Below, one piece after another: positions 8,506 to 17,939 of a DNA stretch of 64,000 nt. Each line of letters starts with the position of its first letter. The first letter of the stretch is position 1. The notes below the pieces were generated by a model, which worked only from the letters and a program-made list of their open reading frames with translations, was not told the origin of the DNA and did no database searches. The stretch spans positions 1-64,000 of the forward strand of contig CBDCAF010000019.1 in the NCBI GenBank assembly GCA_965213675.1. Reading direction: 5' to 3'. The position numbers and the translations under genes were made by a program. This stretch comes from an uncultured Candidatus Binatia bacterium. GTDB taxonomy: Bacteria > Desulfobacterota > Binatia > UBA9968 > JAJDTQ01.

Positions 8506-8862
8506 TTAGTACCCTTCGAGAATCACGGTCCCGGTAAAGTAGCGTTCCCCGTCCCACCTGTCCGCCGCCTGTTGAAGTGCAACCTTCCCGTCCCTAACCC
8601 GGCAATCGCGCGTCTCCCCGTCAAGGTCCCGGAAGTTGAACCAAGTGTGGCTGTTATCGTCTATCCACGACTCAAAGCTGGCAAGGTTGGACTCTTTCAC
8701 GTCAACCCGGAATTCCCGTAAGCGTAGCGGCTTCGTATTGATCCGTTTTTGTTCGATATAGCCGTCTTGCATTTCGGTACGTCGAACGTTCGCTTCTCTG
8801 TCCGTCCCGTAGTCATTACGAATGACTTGACAGAGATTATAGGGCCAGTCGCGAGTTGCCAT
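8506..8862 (-). CDS. minor tail / distal tail protein (lambda gpM-like)
   Basis: 118 aa; WP..RTEMQDG..QKR..FESWI..WFNFRD pattern. Confidence 0.55.
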   Translation of the reverse strand: MATRDWPYNLCQVIRNDYGTDREANVRRTEMQDGYIEQKRINTKPLRLREFRVDVKESNLASFESWIDDNSHTWFNFRDLDGETRDCRVRDGKVALQQAADRWDGERYFTGTVILEGY

Positions 8863-9407
8863 TACAGGATAGGTCCGTCACCGAGTCGCCGAAGTCCCGT
8901 GAACTTGTGGATCATGTCTGACTGTTCGAAGAACTCGCGCATCCATAAAATGACTTCGGTTTTCCACTTCTCCGGGACAGTATCCACGCCAAGCGTCAAC
9001 ACCACCCTGAACCCGGTGGAAGTCAACCGAACAGGCCAACCGTCCGCCGGGGGATACAACAGGGTGTAGGAGTTTCGTTCCTCCATTCGTCCCAAGTCGG
9101 CAACGTCTATCGTGCCGCTAGGGACCTCTCGCCGTTTTTGGGTAGCTTCCCAATAGGTGACGTTCGTAATGGCCTTGACGTGGACTTCAGGAATCACAAG
9201 AGCGCCATCTGGATAAACGCTTGTAGGCCAGAGCGTGTAGTCAGTGGACACGTCAAGCAACGGGTATCCAAATCTGTCTTGAACGTGCGCAACGGCGGAC
9301 TTGATCGCCTGTTCAATCCGCGCGTCAAGGTCCGTCCGATCTTCCTCTATGGAAAGCTGTATCTTCGCTTCGCCCGTGTTCAGGATTTCGGTAGCTGTGA
9401 ACGGCAT
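8862..9407 (-). CDS. head-tail connector (gp6-like)
   Basis: EAKIQLSI..D..IEQAIKSA..GYPL..LGVDTVPEKWK..ILW. Confidence 0.7.
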   Translation of the reverse strand: MPFTATEILNTGEAKIQLSIEEDRTDLDARIEQAIKSAVAHVQDRFGYPLLDVSTDYTLWPTSVYPDGALVIPEVHVKAITNVTYWEATQKRREVPSGTIDVADLGRMEERNSYTLLYPPADGWPVRLTSTGFRVVLTLGVDTVPEKWKTEVILWMREFFEQSDMIHKFTGLRRLGDGPIL

Positions 9408-9411
9408 GGCG

Positions 9412-9600
9412 TCACCCACATAGGCGCTTGCGCAGTTCGTTGTGCGCAAGGATCGCTTTGGCTGTCGGTTCGCTGAATAGGTCCGTGTCGGACACCCGGA
9501 TGTACTCGGTCAGTGCGCAATAGTCATGCACTTTGTCAACGTTGCCAGTCGCGGCGCAACCTGTCAGTAGCAGCACCACTATCAAGGCTTGAAATCTCAT
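9412..9600 (-). CDS. o-spanin-like lipoprotein
   Basis: Lipobox LLLTGC; overlaps the preceding TM protein; follows the endolysin. Confidence 0.6.
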   Translation of the reverse strand: MRFQALIVVLLLTGCAATGNVDKVHDYCALTEYIRVSDTDLFSEPTAKAILAHNELRKRLCG

Positions 9601-9790
9601 AGCCGATGCCTTCCTTGATTTCCAGGTCCCGCCGCATCCGGCTCAAGAACTTGGCTTCCATTGCCCGTGCTTGGGCGCGGGAACCAGCCCGATGAAAACC
9701 AAACAACACCAGTAGCACCGCCAGAGCACCACCACAGTAGGCTATCAGCTTGGCTTGCGACCAACCCAACAAGCCAAGAATCAAGCTCAT
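9536..9790 (-). CDS. i-spanin-like membrane protein
   Basis: N-terminal TM followed by a charged helix. Confidence 0.55.
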   Translation of the reverse strand: MSLILGLLGWSQAKLIAYCGGALAVLLVLFGFHRAGSRAQARAMEAKFLSRMRRDLEIKEGIGYEISSLDSGAATDRLRRDWQR

Positions 9791-10515
9791 CGCAGTTCCT
9801 TGTTTCGATCATCAATCCGTGCGTACAGGACCAACCCCACACCAACGAGGATGATTGCAGTCTGCACCCACGTTGGAACCGGCAGGCTTTTCAGTATCTC
9901 CGAAAACCAGCCAAGCTGTTCGGGGTCCTGGATAAGGTCTTGCGCGGCAACGAGGATAGCACCCCATCCGGCCAACAGTCCGCCTGCCATCGTGCGGGAT
10001 TTCTTCAGCGGCTTCACGTCCGGCTTGTCCATCCCGGCCTTCAGCATGGCGCGGTCAAGGGTCGCGTCGTCGTAAGGTTGGCAGCCGTTCTCCATGCGAA
10101 CGATAGCACAAAGCACCTTCCGCATGGTGGTCCAGTCCATAAGGTCAATGACCGCCTTGCGGGGGATACCCGTGGCTTGAGACATTACGTTCGCGTAGTT
10201 GTCGCCGTTTTCTTCGTCCCACCGTTGGCAGATTTCGTCCACCGTATCAATCGGCGACCCGTCCTTGGCTACACGGTCAGCCGAATAGGTCATCAGCGTG
10301 ACAACGATGGCGCGAAGGCCGCTCGAAGCCTTCTTGAACCGGAAGAACGTGCGCCCGGACAGTGTGTTCTTGACAACGGGCGGGTTGTCCAGGCCATGCC
10401 ACTGATCCCGCGTGAATATCAGGTTGCCGGGGTTGTTGTGCCGAATCCCGAACGGGACTGACTCAAACTTCTGTTCCTTGCGGCCCATGCGGGCAGCGCG
10501 TCCTTGTGGGGTCAC
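9787..10515 (-). CDS. putative endolysin / lysozyme-like protein with C-terminal TM helices
   Basis: GIRHNNPGNL motif and AIVRMENG; C-terminal KSRT plus two TM segments. Confidence 0.65.
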   Translation of the reverse strand: MTPQGRAARMGRKEQKFESVPFGIRHNNPGNLIFTRDQWHGLDNPPVVKNTLSGRTFFRFKKASSGLRAIVVTLMTYSADRVAKDGSPIDTVDEICQRWDEENGDNYANVMSQATGIPRKAVIDLMDWTTMRKVLCAIVRMENGCQPYDDATLDRAMLKAGMDKPDVKPLKKSRTMAGGLLAGWGAILVAAQDLIQDPEQLGWFSEILKSLPVPTWVQTAIILVGVGLVLYARIDDRNKELR

Positions 10516-10793
10516 TTGCTACCTCCCTTGTCAAGCACAAGGCGAGCACCCGCAAGGAGCTTGGCGTCGGCTCGTGCTTCATCTAGCGTTATCCATCCCT
10601 GTACACTGGAAATGGCAACGGTCCTACCCATCGAGTCCACGATAAAGAATCGCCATCTGCCACCCCGCCCTTGTCGAAACACTATCCTGAACAAGGTCGT
10701 TCGCTTGCGCAGTATCTCGTGTTCCAGGATCATACCCAAGAAGAACGCAACAAGGGCCACAAGGCCAATCACAATAGCCTGTTCAATTGGCAT
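10512..10793 (-). CDS. membrane protein with DUF1508/YegP-like domain
   Basis: TM, then GRWRFFIV..GRTVAISS.QGW..EA. Confidence 0.5.
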   Translation of the reverse strand: MPIEQAIVIGLVALVAFFLGMILEHEILRKRTTLFRIVFRQGRGGRWRFFIVDSMGRTVAISSVQGWITLDEARADAKLLAGARLVLDKGGSK

Positions 10794-11112
10794 GACTTTC
10801 CTCCAATTTGGGTGCCAGCTTTTTAATGTCGTAGAACTTCAGGCGGGAGTTGGGAACGCTTAGGTATTCGATGTGTGTACCGTTGGGCATTTGGAACACC
10901 GTGCAGCGTAGTCCTATGGAAATGACAATGGCCCGCGTATCGTTGATTTCCACGGGTTCAAAGCAGCGGAAACCACGCCGGCGAAATGCCAGTCCTTCCG
11001 CTATGTCGTTCGCTAACCCTCGTATGTATATTCCCACAACGAGCACCACAACAATTGCGATGATCGGTGTGAGAAACTGGCTAACGGACAGTTCAAATTC
11101 AGCTAGTGTCAA
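10783..11112 (-). CDS. MscS beta-domain-like small membrane protein
   Basis: TM helix, then VEINDTRAIVISIGLRCT..VPNSRL. Confidence 0.5.
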   Translation of the reverse strand: MTLAEFELSVSQFLTPIIAIVVVLVVGIYIRGLANDIAEGLAFRRRGFRCFEPVEINDTRAIVISIGLRCTVFQMPNGTHIEYLSVPNSRLKFYDIKKLAPKLEESHAN

Positions 11113-11435
11113 ACCTTGATTCTTTCTTCGGCGACGTGTCCCTTGAGAATAGCAGCGACTTCAATCAGCGGGTCGCGGATGTCCTTCATAAGGAATATCA
11201 TTTCCTTATGCTCTGCCGCTTGCGCTTTTCGTGTCTCCACTATCTCATTCATCAACTCCCGATGTTCTCGGTGGCTTTCCGATGCTATCCGTTCAAGGTC
11301 GTGGACTATGCGTTCCAACGACCTAAGCACCTGTTCCTGCCGCGATTCCATGCGGATGAAAAACACAACAGCGACAACTGCAACCGACGCGATAGCAAGT
11401 GACAATCCGATAATCTCAAGGCTTAGTTCGACCAT
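11109..11435 (-). CDS. TM plus coiled-coil protein (holin-like candidate)
   Basis: N-terminal TM, charged coiled coil, located in the lysis cluster. Confidence 0.45.
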   Translation of the reverse strand: MVELSLEIIGLSLAIASVAVVAVVFFIRMESRQEQVLRSLERIVHDLERIASESHREHRELMNEIVETRKAQAAEHKEMIFLMKDIRDPLIEVAAILKGHVAEERIKV

Positions 11436-11450
11436 TTCGCCCCTCGTGCC

Positions 11451-13118
11451 CTAGAACCCGACGGTCATTCCCGCCCCCAATTTCGACCGCCCCTGTGCCC
11501 CAACTCCACCAGCCACCTGCGCGGTAATGTTATCGTGCAACTTCCAATGGAACCCCAAAGCTCCTGCAACATCGCCGTCTCGTGTCGAACCTACACCAAC
11601 CGACATTGACGCCATTCGCGTCGGATCATGGCGGAGTTGATCCATAGCCACGCCGATTGCCCCGTCAATGTCCTGGTTTTTCCACCGCCGCTGTTCCGCC
11701 ATCCGGTGCGCGTCTGCCTTCGCCGATTCAGCCACGATGGCAGCCGCAATGGTTTTCTGTCCCGCCGCCAAGGTCACTTGATTTTGAGACAACTGTTGAC
11801 GCGCACCAACGGCTTCAGACAGTGCCGCGTCCACATCGTCAAAGCGATTAACCGTTACCATCGTCAGTTCGCCGTCCTCTCCCTCCACTTCCTCTTGCCG
11901 TGTCACCAGCGCCGTCATGTGGTCCCGAACGCCAACGGCTTCGTCCACAACCGCACTGCGGGTAGCAATGGCTTCGTCGGATACGAACTGCCGGGTTGTT
12001 CCGGCTTCGTCGGATACCTTCGTCCGTGTGGCAATCGCTTCGTCCGATACCACCTGCCGGGTTGCCTTGGCTTCGTCGGATACCACCTGCCGTGTCCCCG
12101 TGTGCGCCGTGGTGACGTGTTCGCGGGTCTTGCCTGCCTCGGTAGTCACTACCGTGTCAACGTGGCTTCTCGTAGCCGTGGCTTCGTTGGTGACGTGCTG
12201 GCGTGTACCGGCGGCGTCCGCCGTGGTGGCTTCTTCAACGGGAATCGGGGTCGGTTCGGTAGCGGGTTCCGTAACCGGGTCCGTGTTGGCAAGTGCGGCA
12301 AGTGCGCTATCGAGGGAATCGAAACGGTCAGTCAGGGACGATACCAAGTCACGGGTAGCGACCGCTTCAGTGGTGACGTGCTCGGTGATGGGTGCCGTTG
12401 ATTCGTCAATCTGCATGGTCAGCGCGTCGAACTGTTCAACGGCCTTCATCCGGGTAGTTTCGTGTTCAGCCGTGACCAAATCCTTCGTTTCCGTTTGGTC
12501 AAGGGTATGGCCTTCGAGGGACGAAGTGATGAAGTCGCGGGTCTTGTCTCCTTCGAGTATGGTCAGTTCGTCGGACTCGATGATGTTCCGGTCGATCATG
12601 TTCAGCTTGTCGGCAATGGGCATGACATCGCGCCGCACCCACTCGTTATTCTCGTCAAGTTCCGTGTAGTAGACACCATCCGCATCCTTCAACAGGGCTA
12701 CATCGTCCTTCCCGTACAGACCAAGGGAAAGGTTATCGTGGACCATAGACGAAAGACTCGACGCCTTCAACGAATACGTCGCGGCACGGTTGGCGTCTTT
12801 CCCAAGGTTGTAAACGTAGTGCCGGTTGTCTGCCGTATCGTCTGCGTTCACGTCACGCAGGATGTAATACTTGTTGTTGGTTGCATCGAGCTTCAGATGT
12901 CCACGGTCCTCGAACGAACCAAGATCGAACAAGGCACCTTGCAGTACCCGCAATTCGGACTTCAGCGTCTCGGTATCGAGCTTGATAGTAAGATGGTCGG
13001 CTTGAGCATGGGCATCACCGTCACCTATCATGCCACAGGTGGATATGACCATCATTGCGAACAGCACGGTTGCGGCACTAAGGGCTTTCATAATATCGCC
13101 CAACCACAAGCGTTTCAT
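11451..13118 (-). CDS. trimeric autotransporter adhesin-like protein (YadA anchor)
   Basis: Signal peptide ending AHA; 11-aa VSDEA.ATRQ repeats; C-terminal GAIGVAM..SVGVG..GALGF..GAGMTVGF ending in Phe. Confidence 0.75.
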   Translation of the reverse strand: MKRLWLGDIMKALSAATVLFAMMVISTCGMIGDGDAHAQADHLTIKLDTETLKSELRVLQGALFDLGSFEDRGHLKLDATNNKYYILRDVNADDTADNRHYVYNLGKDANRAATYSLKASSLSSMVHDNLSLGLYGKDDVALLKDADGVYYTELDENNEWVRRDVMPIADKLNMIDRNIIESDELTILEGDKTRDFITSSLEGHTLDQTETKDLVTAEHETTRMKAVEQFDALTMQIDESTAPITEHVTTEAVATRDLVSSLTDRFDSLDSALAALANTDPVTEPATEPTPIPVEEATTADAAGTRQHVTNEATATRSHVDTVVTTEAGKTREHVTTAHTGTRQVVSDEAKATRQVVSDEAIATRTKVSDEAGTTRQFVSDEAIATRSAVVDEAVGVRDHMTALVTRQEEVEGEDGELTMVTVNRFDDVDAALSEAVGARQQLSQNQVTLAAGQKTIAAAIVAESAKADAHRMAEQRRWKNQDIDGAIGVAMDQLRHDPTRMASMSVGVGSTRDGDVAGALGFHWKLHDNITAQVAGGVGAQGRSKLGAGMTVGF

Positions 13119-13453
13119 TTGTTGCCTCCGTTAGACGCGCACTTGTCCCAAGCGTCGCGCCATTCCTTCAATGTCAGGATAGCTACACGCGCAAGTTTGG
13201 CAGTCACCAAATTGTTGTCCTCTGCCGCTGTCCATGCACTCGCGAACTCGCTGCGTTTCGTCGGCTTTTTGGGCCACGATGAACGCTGTAACCATGCTTG
13301 GAGTCCGGCGATTTCTTTTGTAGAAATAGGTTTCGCCGGACACGGTACTGAAACGCGAATAGTTCGCGCGACTGGCGGTTCCGGTTCCGGCGTTGGTGCC
13401 GTTGCGCAACCCGCCAAGAAGATGCATGTCAAAGCAAGCAGTCGTTTCCACAC
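13115..13453 (-). CDS. lipoprotein
   Basis: Lipobox FLAGC, Pro-rich linker. Confidence 0.65.
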   Translation of the reverse strand: MWKRLLALTCIFLAGCATAPTPEPEPPVARTIRVSVPCPAKPISTKEIAGLQAWLQRSSWPKKPTKRSEFASAWTAAEDNNLVTAKLARVAILTLKEWRDAWDKCASNGGNK

Positions 13454-13680
13454 GGTTCAGGTCCTTCCCCCGTCAAGATATTGCAATCCTTGTGACAGAA
13501 TTGCGGTTTGGGTTTCGCCGCTGGCGGTGGTGTTTTAGGGGCAACTGTCGCCCTAGGTGTGACGGACTTGGCAGGCTCGGTGGGTGTAGGTGGTTGGCTA
13601 TTGACCCCGACACGTTCGGCAGTCAGGCCAACAATCAGCACCACCGCCGCGACGATACAGAAAACGATTAGCCGGTTCAT
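13429..13680 (-). CDS. small exported or membrane Pro-rich protein
   Basis: N-terminal hydrophobic segment, C-terminal Cys cluster. Confidence 0.5.
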   Translation of the reverse strand: MNRLIVFCIVAAVVLIVGLTAERVGVNSQPPTPTEPAKSVTPRATVAPKTPPPAAKPKPQFCHKDCNILTGEGPEPCGNDCLL

Positions 13681-13689
13681 TGGGTGTCC

Positions 13690-16620
13690 TTAAACTGCCC
13701 CGCTTTCTTGGATAGCTTCGATAATAGCTTCTTTACCATCCTCGGTCAATCCGTTCACCGACACGGATTCAGCCTGTCCACCCCCCTCAATCCCTTCAAT
13801 CAACCGTGCGCCATCGTAGAAGGTCAGCGGCACGACGCTAGGATACACTACCACTTCTGGCAAGGGATCGCTTACCCCTGTCACCGTTGCTTCCTTGACG
13901 TTGGGGTTGTCGGTTGTCAGTTCCCCGTTTGAATCGTGGACAAGGACACCCTGGATTGCATGTCGGAACTCCCCGTCCGCGAGTCCCGCTATTTCGTGTT
14001 CGGACTGAAGCAGGCTGGTTTCTTGCCGACTCGGATGTCGAATCACATGGGTATGCTGAAACTCTGCAATGGCCCGTGCAAACTCTTGTGTCGCCTTGGC
14101 CGTCTCAAACAGCGCGTTGGTCTGTACCCCGTTCAGGTTGTAGAGGGTCACACTATTCTCGACTCGCTTGCAATCGACCTCGTAGCGCAAGAAGGTGGGA
14201 GTCACCGATGTAACCACCAACGTGCCCGTGGGCACTTCCGTGATTTCGTCGGCGAATGGGGTCAGTTGGGGTTCGAGCACAATGTCGTGCTGTCCATACC
14301 CAATATTGGTTATCTCCCTATAGATGCTGTTGTATCCAGGACACGCCCACACAAGCCGGTAGGTGTGGTTGTGCATCAACCCGGCAAAGACGTGGCTGGT
14401 TTGGCCTGTAGCGGACGTTTCGCTAGCGGCTACTACTGCCCCACTCGCAACCCGGTACAGTGTCACGCGGGCGGGATGGGACGTAGGACCGGCCACCATG
14501 CCGGTGACGTTGATCTGCACTGCCAAGACCGCGTTTGAACCAGCCGACACATGGTTGGGTGTATCGGTCAGGATGGTGGTGGTTGCCGACCCCACGTTTT
14601 CAACCGTAAGCGTGTGGCCCGTAACCCCGTTTACAGTAATGGTCGTGGGACTGTTGTGGGTGACAAACAGGACTGCGTTTGAAAGCAGGTGAAGGCCGTT
14701 TATCGGGTTGTCGGTGTCAATGGTGCCGTTGACTTCCGTTGTGTCGATAGTGCAATTCGGTATGGGACCGTTGAATCTAATTCCCGCACCAGCGCCATAG
14801 GACTGTCCGGCTTGTGCAGGCAGTTTGACCTTCACTTCATTCTGCGCGGGGTTCAGTTCAACCCCTTTTGTCAAATCTGACTGATTGAACAGGATTTCCC
14901 CCGCTGAATTATTCAGACGGAAGATTCCACCGCCGAATGCGGGTTGCAAGTCATTCCAATCAGACCATGCTTCCGATGCCGCAGTATTGGTGACTTCCAA
15001 GGCCCACATTGTCTGCCGGTAGAGGGAATGTGAAGTAGCTACATTCGCGCCATCGTAGTCGGTTTTGGCGGCTGTTCGTGCGGCAAGAACAGCGGCCGCC
15101 GTAGTACCGAACCCCTCGTCATAGGAAATAACTATATCGCCGTCCCAATTACCGTAAGCGCGATTGAGGAAGGGATAGGTCAGCGTTTGCGCACCGTGGG
15201 GCGGGAGATACCCGGCAATGAACAGCCGCCATGTGGCCGTAGAACAGCACCAGTATCCAAGATTTGCTTCATCCCCCATTGTGCGGGTCCACGCCCACGG
15301 CAACCGCACATGGTCGCGCACAAGGTCGGTCCTGCCGGTTTCTGGCCGCGCCCGTGTCCAGGGGTCGGTCCATGAAATCTCGCCGTCCGTAGCGTCAAGC
15401 GTAACCCCGAAATCATCGCCACTTTCCATGAATGGTGCTGTCGTGTTGGTAACAGAACCGGGGAAGTCGGCATAGGTGACAGTTCCCAACAGGACATCAA
15501 ACAAGATTGAACCGTTGTTGTGTTTGACGGGTTCGTTATTGGTCCCGATAAAGCGTGGCTTCCATTTGTAAGCTAACCGCAGTAGTCCGCGATAGTGTGC
15601 TCGTGCGGTTGGAGTATCGCCAATGTATGTCATGGCAACTCCGTTGACGCTATTCCCTGTGGTCACAACCGTATTGCGTTGGGTCCCGATGATTCCGAGA
15701 ATATCGAAAAAGGATTCGCGACGATTCACGGTAAGGGTTCTGCTCGACGATTGAATATCCCGCATTTCCACGGTCAAGCCATTGTCGCCAGCCGGAAGTC
15801 CCGCCCGCTTGTTTGCTACGGGTCCCGTCAACAAGCCACCAAAAACAAAGTTGTCGAATCTCCCCCCGAAGAAATAGGCGGTGAACGGCGTAGTGCTTGC
15901 CACTGAAATAGAACCCCCCGGCCTTGCATCCCGAACTTCGTAGTTACGGGGTTGACTGTCCGGGTGAAGGAACAGGTGTGCCGATGATGTGTGGTCACTT
16001 ACGTTGACTAGGCCGACTCTGTAGCCTCGTTGAAACGAGTATAACGCGAAGTTGGCGGGCACTTGATCGTTGGTTCCGGTTTCGTTTGCAGACCAATCAT
16101 AGGTAGGTCCGCCATCTGACAGGATGGTCGTGTTGCCGCCTTGATTCAGCCATGCGCTGTTGCGGTTGAAGGGTCCATAGATACGCTGTTCTTCATCCCG
16201 GTTGCGGACAATGATTAGCGTATTGCCGCTCAACAATCGCGCCCGCCTGTTGCCGGTCAGGACTTCCGTGGCTGTTGCGCCAAAGGCACGAAACACCAAC
16301 CCGGAACCGTTCGACAATCCCGTACCGGACGATAGGATGTCAACGTTCGTGTTGCGTAGGTCCAGCGTGACGTTGCGACTGAACAGGATGAACGTGCGCA
16401 GAATGTAAGTGAACCCCGGCAAAACTTCACTTAGCCACGTCTGGTTTGAATCCAGTGCGTTCAAGCCGGTCAGTATGTCGCCCATCGTGATTAAGTCGGC
16501 GATGTCCGCTGTCTGATCGGATGTGACGTTGATAAAGTCGGTTGCAGGCTGGCCGCGTACCAGAATGCCACGGTTGGCCGGTGTCAGTGTGCCGGATATG
16601 TGTGCGTATGAGATCGTCAT
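13690..16620 (-). CDS. large beta-rich virion structural protein
   Basis: 976 aa, T/N/G-rich, in the late operon. Confidence 0.6.
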   Translation of the reverse strand: MTISYAHISGTLTPANRGILVRGQPATDFINVTSDQTADIADLITMGDILTGLNALDSNQTWLSEVLPGFTYILRTFILFSRNVTLDLRNTNVDILSSGTGLSNGSGLVFRAFGATATEVLTGNRRARLLSGNTLIIVRNRDEEQRIYGPFNRNSAWLNQGGNTTILSDGGPTYDWSANETGTNDQVPANFALYSFQRGYRVGLVNVSDHTSSAHLFLHPDSQPRNYEVRDARPGGSISVASTTPFTAYFFGGRFDNFVFGGLLTGPVANKRAGLPAGDNGLTVEMRDIQSSSRTLTVNRRESFFDILGIIGTQRNTVVTTGNSVNGVAMTYIGDTPTARAHYRGLLRLAYKWKPRFIGTNNEPVKHNNGSILFDVLLGTVTYADFPGSVTNTTAPFMESGDDFGVTLDATDGEISWTDPWTRARPETGRTDLVRDHVRLPWAWTRTMGDEANLGYWCCSTATWRLFIAGYLPPHGAQTLTYPFLNRAYGNWDGDIVISYDEGFGTTAAAVLAARTAAKTDYDGANVATSHSLYRQTMWALEVTNTAASEAWSDWNDLQPAFGGGIFRLNNSAGEILFNQSDLTKGVELNPAQNEVKVKLPAQAGQSYGAGAGIRFNGPIPNCTIDTTEVNGTIDTDNPINGLHLLSNAVLFVTHNSPTTITVNGVTGHTLTVENVGSATTTILTDTPNHVSAGSNAVLAVQINVTGMVAGPTSHPARVTLYRVASGAVVAASETSATGQTSHVFAGLMHNHTYRLVWACPGYNSIYREITNIGYGQHDIVLEPQLTPFADEITEVPTGTLVVTSVTPTFLRYEVDCKRVENSVTLYNLNGVQTNALFETAKATQEFARAIAEFQHTHVIRHPSRQETSLLQSEHEIAGLADGEFRHAIQGVLVHDSNGELTTDNPNVKEATVTGVSDPLPEVVVYPSVVPLTFYDGARLIEGIEGGGQAESVSVNGLTEDGKEAIIEAIQESGAV

Positions 16621-17804
16621 GGTGGATCAAGGGTTGTTGAAGGGGATACTATGGTTACTTCAATGGTCAGGGCTATGCCTCTAAAGATGTCGTCCTGTAT
16701 CACGGCAGGGTATGAAAAGGTTTCGCCCACTTCGCCAGTGACTGTTAGCCATATTGGATTGGCACCAGAACTGCTACTGACAAGCCCATCTAGATTGTCG
16801 TCTAAAAAAAGATGGGCTAGGCCATATTGATTTCTGATCCCGGCATTAAATGACCGCGCTTCTCCTGAATGCGCATTCCGACTTATGATCGGTCCTGCTG
16901 AAATCAACTCGTTTTCATATATGATTCCGGTGAAATTGGGGTGAGTTCGATCAATTGCCTTCACCTGTCCATTGAAAAGTGCGCCGTCTCTCGATGTGCC
17001 ATCTCTCGATGTTTCACGTATGAAAACCGTTATAGGTGTTGATTCAGGATGGTAAATCTGGACGATGGTTTCGGAGTCATAAAAGAATTCCGTCTCGCCG
17101 TCCGCGTTCTTCCTAATAATCAGCTGACGGCCCTTAAGTGAACGGAATAGTCCCTCCGCAGTACCATCATCCGCTAGGGCTGTGATGGCATTCACCGGCG
17201 TGGTAACAATCCTGCCTCCCCGTTGTGAACGAATCAGAATCCCGGTTGCACCTGTTCCGAACTGAACGCGAACGCTGCTTATCCCCGTGTCTCCCCACCC
17301 AAGGTCATTCTCCCGTATCACTGTCGCACGTAGGGTAATGGTGCCCGTACCGCTACCCGGACTCGAATCAGTAACGGAGACAACTTTGAGTAGGTCGTCT
17401 CCATTGTCGTTCGTATGGGTAATCGTGATTAGGTCGCCACTCTCAAGGAGAGCTACCAACGCACGATCATCGGGGTCGGACACGGCATAGAGCCAATGGA
17501 TTGTCGTCTTGCCGTCCGATGTGAATTCTTGCGAACCGGGTTCTTCGTCCAACGCGAACATGGTTTGCAGGATGGCGAGATAATCGGCGGCGGATGCAAC
17601 GGTGCCACCACGAAGCGCGATGGCTTCAACGGTAACGTCCTCGTGTCCTTCGTAGTCGGACAGTTCGGGTGTGGAAAGGTGGGTTGGTTTGTCAGGTGCC
17701 GCTACAGACAAGCGAACGCGGCGAGTGTTGGAACCACGAACAACAGCTATTTCGTCGTTCTCTTGCCTATCCGTTAGTTCAGTAAGGCTAGTGAAGTCAG
17801 GCAT
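16617..17804 (-). CDS. virion structural / fibre-like protein
   Basis: 395 aa, coupled to the next gene; MPDFTSLTEL..DEIAVV fibre-type N-terminus. Confidence 0.55.
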   Translation of the reverse strand: MPDFTSLTELTDRQENDEIAVVRGSNTRRVRLSVAAPDKPTHLSTPELSDYEGHEDVTVEAIALRGGTVASAADYLAILQTMFALDEEPGSQEFTSDGKTTIHWLYAVSDPDDRALVALLESGDLITITHTNDNGDDLLKVVSVTDSSPGSGTGTITLRATVIRENDLGWGDTGISSVRVQFGTGATGILIRSQRGGRIVTTPVNAITALADDGTAEGLFRSLKGRQLIIRKNADGETEFFYDSETIVQIYHPESTPITVFIRETSRDGTSRDGALFNGQVKAIDRTHPNFTGIIYENELISAGPIISRNAHSGEARSFNAGIRNQYGLAHLFLDDNLDGLVSSSSGANPIWLTVTGEVGETFSYPAVIQDDIFRGIALTIEVTIVSPSTTLDPP

Positions 17805-17939
17805 TGTCCTTAATGATGGCCGACCGCCCGCAATTGATCCTTTTCACTCGATGAAAGCGATTGCCCCGGACATCAGCATCACGGGCTTTTCCCGATGTGT
17901 CGGCCAGGACACCGGCAGGAAGGCGGGGCAATTCGCATA

